Positions 9,109 through 17,340 of a DNA stretch of 32,000 bases are shown one piece after another. The stretch's first letter is position 1, and every line of letters begins with the position of its first letter. A program made the position numbers and the translations under genes. The notes beneath the pieces were generated by a model. It did not search any database, was not told the origin of the DNA, and saw nothing but the letters and a program-made list of their open reading frames with translations. The stretch comes from Crocosphaera subtropica ATCC 51142 (GTDB lineage Bacteria; Cyanobacteriota; Cyanobacteriia; Cyanobacteriales; Microcystaceae), in NCBI RefSeq assembly GCF_000017845.1, contig NC_010546.1:1800001-1832000 (forward strand), written 5' to 3'.

Positions 9109-9600
9109 TTACAGATCAAAACGATAGCGAATAGCTCCCGTTTCAGGATCATTGGTAATTTCAGCTAAATGATGTCTTTGGGCATCGATCAACAACTCCT
9201 GAACGTCTTGAGGATCTAACTCAGTATAGAGAACCGCTTGAGCAATGGATAGGGTTCCACCATGATCTTTGGCGGCTTTGAGTAATTTTTGCATCGGGGT
9301 TTTTGAGAAGGAAGGTTGAGCCTGCTTAAATTGTTTAAGATCATCAATATTTAGCGTAATAGCTGGATTTGAGCCACTAGCCTCTCCTACCCCTAATCCT
9401 CTTAAATAAATATTTCGTTTATTAACCATCCCTGGAATCAAGATTAAATCGAGGAATTGGCCAATTCCAAAAATACCAAAAGTAAATAAATAAATTAATC
9501 CACTGACAATATTGCCAGTATAAAGTCGTTGTCCACCACAAATACCGAAAAAGCATAGACCCCAGATAATATAAGCCGTTCCTGAGTTGACCTTTTGCAT
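9109..9600 (-). CDS. TM2 domain-containing membrane protein with a soluble C-terminal domain
   Basis: The N-terminal segment AYIIWGLCFFGICGGQRLYTGNIVSGLIYLFTFGIFGIGQFLDLILIP matches the TM2 two-helix motif. 163 aa. Confidence 0.75.
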   Translation of the reverse strand: MQKVNSGTAYIIWGLCFFGICGGQRLYTGNIVSGLIYLFTFGIFGIGQFLDLILIPGMVNKRNIYLRGLGVGEASGSNPAITLNIDDLKQFKQAQPSFSKTPMQKLLKAAKDHGGTLSIAQAVLYTELDPQDVQELLIDAQRHHLAEITNDPETGAIRYRFDL

Positions 9601-9695
9601 GATCTTATTTAACGTTGTTTAACTAAAACTAATATATAAGTACCTAAATTATAGTCAATAATTTCTGACAATGACCATTTGAAAGAAGATAACTA

Positions 9696-9815
9696 ATATG
9701 AAATCTCTTTGAATACTAGACTTTATGGTAGGGTAAGCAGAGGAGGCAGAGGGAGCCGAGCAGGAGGGGTTTGCCGTCATGGTTTTCATGATGAGTCATT
9801 AAGCGGATTTCATAT
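9696..9815. repeat. MITE-like repeat bounded by a perfect 10-bp inverted repeat (ATATGAAATC / GATTTCATAT). A related copy lies at 26593-26765.
   Basis: The terminal inverted repeats are at 9696-9705 and 9806-9815. The first ~38 nt (ATATGAAATCTCTTTGAATACTAGACTTTATGGTAGGG) are nearly identical to 26593-26631. There is a shared internal AAGCAGAGGAG..GGGAGC block. Confidence 0.5.
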
Positions 9816-9928
9816 AACTAATGAGGTTAAGGAACAGGGAATGGAATTGAAAATTTGACTCCAACAGCTTTAGAATGAATGAGCTTGGTTGGTCGTGTTA
9901 AGTAGGTCCTACTAACGCCAGATGTGAG

Positions 9929-11599
9929 TTAGATAGCTCTCATCTCTCCCGTAATTCCCTTAAAATGAAACGTCCCTACTTCTTCACGATAAGTCTCTTT
10001 AATATCTCGTAACATACTGATAGCCAGCTTTTCCCCCAACAGGTTACCACCGGTAGCAATATTAGTTCCCAAAGAGCCTGAAGTAGTTCCATCGGTACGC
10101 CAGTGCATTCCGGCACCATCTCGGAAGAGGGTAACATTGGCAATGAGTTTATTAAGTTCTCCGTGAACCGTTAAAGTTTCACTCCCTGTATAGGTAGTCA
10201 AACCTTGACCATCAGCCGTGGGAACCACAGGACTAGCAATGGGATCATCGGCGAAAAAGGCCTTAGCGATGGTTGCACCGGCTGCGATAAATGCAGAATG
10301 TCCCCCTGGATAGGCAGGATGAGCCGGAGAGCCTTCAGGAAAGCCCATAGGAAGTAACCAAGTCCCCTTTCTGTTCCCCCTGGAAAACTTGATATTTTGT
10401 AGGGTATTGTGTTCATAGATGCGATCGAGTACCTTGGTTTGCTTCCAAACCGTTGCCCCGTCTCCCAATAATTTATTAAAGGTACTATCGAAGGGTTTAC
10501 CTAAAATACCGCATCGGAATAACTCTAAGCGTTGGGCATACACTTCTGGACGTAAACGTAGATGAACACACCACTTTTGGAACCATGCGTGTTTAAGCCC
10601 ATAAACCGCTGCTAAGGCACTGTTAACAGTGATATCTGGACCACCGAGACTACCAAAAGCCACCGATTTCTCAATGGCTCCTGTGTAGGGACTGGCTTGA
10701 GAGATGGCTGCCATTTCCCCTAATAAGATGATAGTTGCCCAAAGACCCGATTGATGGGGAAAATCTACATGAACCCACTGTCCAGCGTCCCGTAAGGTGG
10801 TAATGTAGCGTGTTCCATCGAAAATATCAGAACCTGTAGGATCGATATCTCCATTATTGACAAATTTCCAAGTTTCAAAATCCGTCATATAGTCAAGTCC
10901 CTCCCTGGGATAGAGCGACATTTGACGGATGGGTTGATTCCCAAAATTAAAATCTTTGAGCAAAAATTGAGAGACGTGGGGACCGACATCGCATCCTTTA
11001 TAGGGACCTCGGAAAATAGTTTGCGGGGTGACTTCAAAACCGAATTCCTTTTTAAATCCCAAATGATTGAGATCCTCGCAAGCTTCCTGAATTAATGAAC
11101 TTTTATCATATTGATCAAAGCGCACATCTCGACATAACGCCATCCAATAGCGTTCGACCATATCAACAGCCGTATTACGACTGTCAAAAGCCGGAGCCGA
11201 TGCCATACGAGCCCCTTGAGAGTCATTCCCGATCAGTTGCAATGAATAGGCATTGAGGGGGTTAACCAGTAAGCGTTTTCCGCCCCCTAAGATAACCTTT
11301 TCAAATTCTTCTTGAGTACCTTGAGCGATCGCATCTAAAAGAGACTCGAATGATTGAGGGTTAACTAAACCAAGATCATTGTGTTTCAAGGTTTTGGTAA
11401 AAGACCCAAACCCAAATAAATTAACGTCACAACCTTCTACTTTAATAGAAATATTCTTGAACCGTTGCCGATCGCCGTTTGTTTCAGGTTCTTCTGCTAT
11501 AAAGTCATTGAAGGCTGCTTCAGCAGTGCATTCACGGACTTCTTTTGCTGTTTGGCGACGGGCTTCAAAATCCCGACTTTGTCTTTGCTCTTGGGTCAT
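9929..11599 (-). CDS. Vanadium-dependent haloperoxidase-like protein (PAP2/acid-phosphatase superfamily, bromoperoxidase type)
   Basis: All three vanadate/phosphate-site motifs are present: K-x7-RP (KWCVHLRLRP), GSPAHPAYPGGHSAFIAAGATIAKAFF, and ELNKLIANVTLFRDGAGMHWRTD with R-x5-H. The C-terminal block resembles algal V-bromoperoxidases. 556 aa. Confidence 0.75.
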   Translation of the reverse strand: MTQEQRQSRDFEARRQTAKEVRECTAEAAFNDFIAEEPETNGDRQRFKNISIKVEGCDVNLFGFGSFTKTLKHNDLGLVNPQSFESLLDAIAQGTQEEFEKVILGGGKRLLVNPLNAYSLQLIGNDSQGARMASAPAFDSRNTAVDMVERYWMALCRDVRFDQYDKSSLIQEACEDLNHLGFKKEFGFEVTPQTIFRGPYKGCDVGPHVSQFLLKDFNFGNQPIRQMSLYPREGLDYMTDFETWKFVNNGDIDPTGSDIFDGTRYITTLRDAGQWVHVDFPHQSGLWATIILLGEMAAISQASPYTGAIEKSVAFGSLGGPDITVNSALAAVYGLKHAWFQKWCVHLRLRPEVYAQRLELFRCGILGKPFDSTFNKLLGDGATVWKQTKVLDRIYEHNTLQNIKFSRGNRKGTWLLPMGFPEGSPAHPAYPGGHSAFIAAGATIAKAFFADDPIASPVVPTADGQGLTTYTGSETLTVHGELNKLIANVTLFRDGAGMHWRTDGTTSGSLGTNIATGGNLLGEKLAISMLRDIKETYREEVGTFHFKGITGEMRAI

Positions 11600-11965
11600 C
11601 TTTCAATCTCCTGAGTGAATTGACACTTAAAATCTTACTACCAAGAATTCCAAGAGTTATCGTGTTAACTTAAAAAGTTAATAAAAAGAAAACATTAGTT
11701 GATTGTTACTAACTCTCTTAATACACTTTGAGGACTTTAGTAGGGATCTCTTTTTGAAATTAACGATAACTTATTTAGGGATTTAGTTTTAAATACTCTT
11801 TTTAATGCTGTTGGCACAGTTGATTTGTTATTCCTTGATCTCTTACTTTTGATAGACAACAAAGATCAATAATTAAAAACAAATAAAACTCAAGAAAGAG
11901 GGAAATGAATATTTGAATACGATAAAGTTTGTTTACATAGCACATTGTCAATCTCGGAGTTTATT

Positions 11966-12151
11966 ATGCAAAAGTATATTTGTAATGTTTGCAATTATAT
12001 TTATGATCCTGCTAAGGGAGATCCCGATTCAGGAATTGAACCAGGAACTCCTTTTGAAGCGATTCCTGATGACTGGGAATGCCCACAATGTGGTGCTACA
12101 AAATCACAATTTGAACCCTATCAAGCCGATGCTAATGTTTTAACAAGCTAG
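11966..12151 (+). CDS. Rubredoxin (short soluble type, no membrane anchor)
   Basis: [15 protein letters not shown]...[11 protein letters not shown] contains the two CxxC iron-binding knuckles. 61 aa from ATG 11966. The ORF-track start at 11945 is a TTG. Confidence 0.9.
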   Translation: MQKYICNVCNYIYDPAKGDPDSGIEPGTPFEAIPDDWECPQCGATKSQFEPYQADANVLTS

Positions 12152-12198
12152 GGTTAATAGTAAGATGAAAAAAGTGTTCAGCACTCAGTAGTCAGCTT

Positions 12199-12268
12199 TT
12201 CAGAAGGGGATTTAAACCCCTCCTGAAATCAAACAGCTTATAGAAGTCGGGGATTTAGACCCGATCTT
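12199..12268. repeat. Two tandem GC-cored hairpins downstream of rubredoxin (repeat-element or terminator-like)
   Basis: The first hairpin is TTCAGAAGGGGatttaaaCCCCTCCTGAA (12199-12227). The second is AAGTCGGGgatttagaCCCGATCTT (12244-12268). Both share the GGGGATTTA(A/G)ACCC core. Confidence 0.35.
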
Positions 12269-12554
12269 TCAGGTATCTAATGATACGAAAATGTGTAGGC
12301 TGATAGCTAATAGCTAGTTTCAGTAGATCGAAAACTTATTTCTTTCTCCTCCGCTCCAGTCTCCCCGCTCCCCCGTAATCCTAACTAGGATCTTTGTGAT
12401 CTACTTAGTTTAAGAGCCTAACATATTGACTATTGGTTTTAAGTAATCCTATTTATGTCTCATGATAGATAAATAAAAATCAATATTGAGCTAATCTTAC
12501 TGAGGAGGTGGTCTTTAATGTTTTGTGAATTTAAGTTTATGAAGATGTAAGGAT

Positions 12555-13436
12555 ATGAATATAAGAGTGTTAATAAAATTACTCAAAGAAACCTTTAAAG
12601 AATGGCAACAAGATGATGCCTCTAGTTTAGCAGCCTCTTTAGCTTATTATACCAGTGTTTCTTTAGCACCTCTGCTTATTATTGTCATTTCCATCGCCGG
12701 AGCCGTTTTTGGAGAGGAAGCTGCCAGAGGTGAGATTGTTAGTCAGATTCAAGGGTTGGTGGGGACAAATGGCGCAGAATTGATAGAAACAGCCATCGAA
12801 AATGCCGATCAACCACAAATAAGTAATTTTGCTTCTATCATTAGTATTATTATTTTGTTATTTGGTGCATCGGGAGTTTTTGCCCAATTACAAAAATCTT
12901 TAAACAAGGTTTGGCAAGTTCAAGTCAAATCCGAGGAAGGCTGGAAAAATTTGATCAGAAAACGGATCTTATCATTTTCAGCTATCTTAGGTTTAGGCTT
13001 TTTATTATTAGTTTCTCTGATTATTAGTGCTGCTTTATCAGGATTAAATCATTATTTGAGTGATATTATTCCTGGGATTGATTTCTTGTGGCAAGTGCTT
13101 GATTTTTGTTTATCTTTTGTTGTTATTGCACTTGTTTTTGGGTTAATGTACCGTTATCTACCTGATGTAAAAATTAGTTGGGATGATGTAAAAATTGGTG
13201 CCATTATTACAGCATTGCTCTTTACCATTGGGAAATTTGCGTTAGGTTTATATTTAGGTCGAGGCGGTTTCGGCTCAGTTTATGGTGCGGCTGGATCGTT
13301 GGTTATTATTTTGGTTTGGGTTTATTACTCCGCTCAAATCCTATTTTTTGGGGCAGAGTTTACGCAAGTTTATGCAAGGCGTTATGGGTCTAAAATTGTT
13401 CCTAATAGACACGCCCGATTCCTAGATCAAGAATAA
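12555..13436 (+). CDS. YihY/BrkB-family inner-membrane protein
   Basis: The N-terminal signature is FKEWQQDDASSLAASLAYYTSVSLAPLLIIV. There are six or so hydrophobic segments, and the C-terminus reads ILFFGAEFTQVYARR. 293 aa. Confidence 0.85.
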   Translation: MNIRVLIKLLKETFKEWQQDDASSLAASLAYYTSVSLAPLLIIVISIAGAVFGEEAARGEIVSQIQGLVGTNGAELIETAIENADQPQISNFASIISIIILLFGASGVFAQLQKSLNKVWQVQVKSEEGWKNLIRKRILSFSAILGLGFLLLVSLIISAALSGLNHYLSDIIPGIDFLWQVLDFCLSFVVIALVFGLMYRYLPDVKISWDDVKIGAIITALLFTIGKFALGLYLGRGGFGSVYGAAGSLVIILVWVYYSAQILFFGAEFTQVYARRYGSKIVPNRHARFLDQE

Positions 13437-13844
13437 GTAGATAAGTTTCCAAATATCATCGATTAGTTATAAAACATTGATCTAACTAGATAGAAAATCA
13501 AACTTTCATGAAGACTAATGATTTAGAAAAAGAGCGTCCAAAAATCTAACTTTTGGCAGAGTCCATCATGAAAAATATCCCTCTCTGTGGATATAAAGAG
13601 GATGAGGTATTTGATTAATATTATTATATCCCAAAGATTAATCTAGATTTTTAACCTAATAGAAGTAAAAAACATGGGTAATCCCCTGAATGTTACTCCA
13701 ATAATCTCTACTTTTACAGGTTAGAAAATAAGAAATGATCAAAGCTCTGAGATCAGTTCTGAAATAAGTAGAAAATTATAAAAGAGCAAAAGAGGAAATT
13801 TTGGGATTAATCCTTTGCCTACATTAGACATTAGATATACCAAT

Positions 13845-16800
13845 ATGATGCTAAATTCAATTGTAAATATTAGTGAAATTTGGTTAGCACAAGCCCTAAA
13901 CGAACCCCCCATTGAATCGTTAGAAGATGCTGCATTAGTTTTTAGTGGTCCACAGTTTTTCACCTCATTAATTGCGGGGGTAGTCCTAGCCTTTGCCTTT
14001 CAATTATTATTAACAAACCTAGGCGTTGCACTCGGAATTTCCTTTGCTGGGGGTTCCTCATCAAAACAGGATCATCACGGTTTAGGTCATACTATTCAAA
14101 AAGTGAGTGTCGTCCTAGGGTTAGGAACATTAGTTAGTGTCACCCTTGCCCTATTTTTCGCTTGTTTGCTGGCCATCAAACTCAGTTTATTTGTTTCTCC
14201 CCTCTCAGGGGCGATCGTCGGTTTAGTGATTTGGGGAACCTATTTTTCCCTAATGGTTTGGATCAGTTCAACCACCGTTGGCTCTTTTATTGGTTCAGTG
14301 GTTAACACTGCTACAGCAGGTTTTCAAGCCATCATGGGAACCGCCACGGCAGCCTTTGGAGCCAAAGCAGCCAGTAAAAAAGCCGTAGACACCGCAGAAG
14401 CCACCGTTGCTGCGGTACGGCGAGAAATTGGAGAAGCGATCGATCCAGTCACTTTACGGGAAAATGTCGAAGACTACCTGTCTACCTTACGACCCCAACC
14501 CCTTAACTTAGATAAACTCGCTTCGGATATCGAAAACCTCATCGACGAAGAAGACTTACAAAACATTGGGTCAAGGGATAATTTACCTAACATCGATCGC
14601 CAAACCTTTGTGGACCTAGTGTCCAACCGAAGCGATCTCTCCCAACGGGATATTAACCGCATCGCCGATAAACTCGAAACCGTTTGGGAAAAGATTACGC
14701 AAAAATTGCCCTCTCAAGGAGACTCCCTCGCAGAAGTAACAGACTTTATCAAATCAGCCACCAAAGAACAACTCTTAGGAGGGGAATTAACACAAAAATT
14801 GGAGCGTTTAGTCGAAGAGATGCGAAAACGCCGAAAATCCGAGAATCCTAGTATGCTGTCTCGCTCTGTGGGGATGGGGTTAAATAGTCTGATGGGGATG
14901 GTCATGGGACGCACTGATCTATCCTCTTTAGACATCGATCAAATTGTTTATCAAATTAATGAAATTAAAGAAAAACTCACCGAACAAAGCGACAAATTAG
15001 CCCATCGTTTAACCCCCACCAGTAATGGTAATGGCAACGGTAACGGCCATCATCTCCATGACGAAATCGAAACCTATTTGCTCAATGCTTATCCTTGGAA
15101 CTTACAACCCGGTACCCTTAGCTACGAATTCCAGGATCTTCTCTATGAAGTCCAACCTAACCCAGAACAAATGGCCAAAGAGTTAGAAACCATTGACCGG
15201 TCTGAGTTTGTCACCCTGTTGCAAGAAAAAGGAATTTTAACCCAAGAAAAAATAGAAACCACAGCCAATGTTCTTGAAAAAAATCGTTTACAAGTTCTCG
15301 ACACCGCTTATGCTGCCATTGAACAACAAAAACGCCTGAGACTCCTTGCTGATGTTAAACACTATCTTTATAACGCACCCAAAGAGGATCTACTTAACCC
15401 TGAGAAACTTCAGATCCAGTTCAAGCCTATTTTAACCGATAGCAAAGCTGACGAAAGCGAACTCAAACGGCGTTTAGCTCAATTCGACATTCCCACCTTT
15501 GAACGTTTATTAGTTGAACGTCATGATATTGAAGTGGGAGAAACCGTTTTCATCACACCCAAATTAGAAGAGATTCATCAGCAAGTCATCAAAGAATCTG
15601 AAGACCAACAAGCAGCCATTCAAGGAAAAGTTGAGCAACAATGGCTGAAACTACAAACCTATCTTCAAGAAACCGGCAAAGAACAACTACATCCCCAAGC
15701 CATTAAACAAGAGTTACAATTGCTCTTAGATGATCCCCAAGCAGGAGCAAAATTCCTACGGGCTAGAGCTTCTCGGTTTGATCGAGATACTTTAGTTAAA
15801 CTACTTAGTCAACGGGAAGATTTGAGCGAACGCCAAATTAATGAGATTCTCGATCAAGTTGAAAGCGTTTGGACAACCTTACTTGCTTTGCCTAATCAGT
15901 TAGCGGGTAAAATTGAAGAACAATATGAGCAAATAACCTCAGCCATTGCTGATTATTTACGCAACACCGACAAAACAGAACTGAACCCAGAAGGGATCAA
16001 ACGGGATTTAACTAAGCTCTTAACACAGCCTCAAGTGGGTTTAGCTGCCATTCGACAGCGTTTGAGTATGATGGATCGGGATACTCTGGTACAGTTGCTG
16101 AGTCAACGAGAAGATTTGAGCGAAGCCGAAGTTAACCGTATCATTGATCAGGTAATGGCAACCCTACGGCAAATTATTAAAGCACCCCAACGCATTGCCA
16201 AAGAAGCCAAAGCCAAGGTACAACAGTTTGAAACAGCCTTAGAAGATTATCTGCGATCGACTGATCGCCAAGAACTCAACCCCGAAGGCATTAAACGAGA
16301 TGTACGCTTATTACTCAACGATCCCAAAGCAGGAACCGAGAGTTTACAAGAACGTCTTGCCTCTTTTGATCGAAAAACTTTAGTGGCTTTACTGTCCCAA
16401 CGGGACGATATCAGCGAAGACGAGGTTAATCGGATCATTGATACAATTTTAGAGGTTCGTAATCAATTCCTGCATCAAATAGACCGGGTTAAACAACGGA
16501 TTCAAGCAGCCATTGATCGCATTTTAGATAAAATTCGTCGTTATTTGAATAGTTTAGAGCGGCCTGAACTGAATTATCAGGGTATTCGCCATGATCTTCA
16601 AGAATTGTTTCACGATCCTCAAGCTGGTTTTGAAGCCCTGCGCGATCGCTTTTCTCAAGTCAACCGTGACACAGTAATCGCCATTTTAGAATCACGGGAT
16701 GATATTTCTCACGCCCAAGCAGAGCGCATTGTCGGGCAAGTTGAACACAGTCGCGATCGCATATTACAACGAGCCGAACGTATCCAACAAGCGGCTAAAA

Positions 16801-16946
16801 TGCGTCTCGAACAAGTCAAAGAAGAAGCACAACACCAGGCTAGAGAAACCAAAAAAGCGGCCGCCACTGCTGCTTGGTGGCTCTTCTTCACCGCATTGGT
16901 GTCTGGGGTAGCGTCAGCTTGGGGTGGAGCGATCGCCGCCGGATAA
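13845..16946 (+). CDS. Large membrane protein of unknown family. It has an N-terminal multi-TM block, at least seven ~95-aa helical repeats, and a C-terminal TM anchor.
   Basis: Uninterrupted 3.1-kb ORF. The start was set at ATG 13845, because the track start at 13815 is a TTG. Hydrophobic segments lie in the first ~170 aa, and the last 25 aa read WWLFFTALVSGVASAWGGAIAAG. Clear repeats start near 15636, 15921, 16221 and 16509. Confidence 0.8.
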   Translation: MMLNSIVNISEIWLAQALNEPPIESLEDAALVFSGPQFFTSLIAGVVLAFAFQLLLTNLGVALGISFAGGSSSKQDHHGLGHTIQKVSVVLGLGTLVSVTLALFFACLLAIKLSLFVSPLSGAIVGLVIWGTYFSLMVWISSTTVGSFIGSVVNTATAGFQAIMGTATAAFGAKAASKKAVDTAEATVAAVRREIGEAIDPVTLRENVEDYLSTLRPQPLNLDKLASDIENLIDEEDLQNIGSRDNLPNIDRQTFVDLVSNRSDLSQRDINRIADKLETVWEKITQKLPSQGDSLAEVTDFIKSATKEQLLGGELTQKLERLVEEMRKRRKSENPSMLSRSVGMGLNSLMGMVMGRTDLSSLDIDQIVYQINEIKEKLTEQSDKLAHRLTPTSNGNGNGNGHHLHDEIETYLLNAYPWNLQPGTLSYEFQDLLYEVQPNPEQMAKELETIDRSEFVTLLQEKGILTQEKIETTANVLEKNRLQVLDTAYAAIEQQKRLRLLADVKHYLYNAPKEDLLNPEKLQIQFKPILTDSKADESELKRRLAQFDIPTFERLLVERHDIEVGETVFITPKLEEIHQQVIKESEDQQAAIQGKVEQQWLKLQTYLQETGKEQLHPQAIKQELQLLLDDPQAGAKFLRARASRFDRDTLVKLLSQREDLSERQINEILDQVESVWTTLLALPNQLAGKIEEQYEQITSAIADYLRNTDKTELNPEGIKRDLTKLLTQPQVGLAAIRQRLSMMDRDTLVQLLSQREDLSEAEVNRIIDQVMATLRQIIKAPQRIAKEAKAKVQQFETALEDYLRSTDRQELNPEGIKRDVRLLLNDPKAGTESLQERLASFDRKTLVALLSQRDDISEDEVNRIIDTILEVRNQFLHQIDRVKQRIQAAIDRILDKIRRYLNSLERPELNYQGIRHDLQELFHDPQAGFEALRDRFSQVNRDTVIAILESRDDISHAQAERIVGQVEHSRDRILQRAERIQQAAKMRLEQVKEEAQHQARETKKAAATAAWWLFFTALVSGVASAWGGAIAAG

Positions 16947-17135
16947 GACCCATTCTCAGTAGCTCGAAAACTTACTGGTCAAAGACTGCAGGAGAGGAGG
17001 GGGCAGGGAGAAAGGGAGACTATTTTAAAGCTTTTTAGAGCAAATAAAAATTCTAAAGGCTACAAAATCCCCAACATTTACTTAAATCTCTAGTCATTTT
17101 TGAGATTGGTGTAACTTAGTCATTGCAACAAACCC

Positions 17136-17163
17136 AAGGGCGTAAACCTTGCGTCCTTTTTTT
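17136..17163 (+). terminator. Intrinsic terminator about 190 nt downstream of the large repeat-protein gene
   Basis: AAGGGCG (17136-17142) pairs with CGTCCTT (17152-17158). That is 7 bp with one GU and a 9-nt loop, running directly into a T7 tract. Confidence 0.55.
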
Positions 17164-17340
17164 CATATTGGGTCTATCAGTTTGACTTAGCAAAAAGCAG
17201 TAATTTTTCTACAATTCACTAACTCTTTACCAGGAGTTAATTAAAGAAAATATAACTTCAACCTACAGGTAGATACTAATGAGTAATAAACTTTTTAGAC
17301 TAGATTTTAGACTTTGAAATAATAGACAGGAGTAGTTTAG

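Noticed and set aside
9691-9820. AACTA as a definite 5-bp target-site duplication of the MITE-like element
   Set aside because: The second copy (26585-26770) shows similarity extending beyond the inverted repeats on both sides. The pentamers may therefore be element sequence. I kept this only as a possibility in the finding.
10198-11618. ORFs 10198-10416 (-) and 11379-11618 (+)
   Set aside because: They overlap the haloperoxidase-like gene out of frame or antisense, and nothing supports them.
11913-12143. 76-aa plus-strand ORF overlapping rubredoxin
   Set aside because: It is a different frame of the same DNA. The rubredoxin frame has unmistakable CxxC motifs.
12176-12380. Possible CRISPR-like or tRNA-like structure in the hairpin-rich region after rubredoxin
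   Set aside because: There are only two related hairpins, with no regular repeat-spacer periodicity. No cloverleaf or T-loop (GTTCGAATC-type) motif is present, and no cas genes are in the window.
15024-15047. AATGGTAATGGCAACGGTAACGGC hexanucleotide-like repeat
   Set aside because: It simply encodes an (Asn-Gly)4 linker inside the large ORF. It could be a slippage-prone tract, but nothing here suggests phase variation, because the unit is in-frame.
13739-16911. Small ORFs 13739-13963 (-), 14474-14662 (-), 14714-14935 (-), 16247-16438 (-), 16699-16911 (+) and 16709-16891 (-)
   Set aside because: All lie within or antisense to the 3.1-kb repeat-protein ORF. They are Ser/Arg-rich off-frame products. 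The 13739 ORF overlaps the probable promoter/5' region only.
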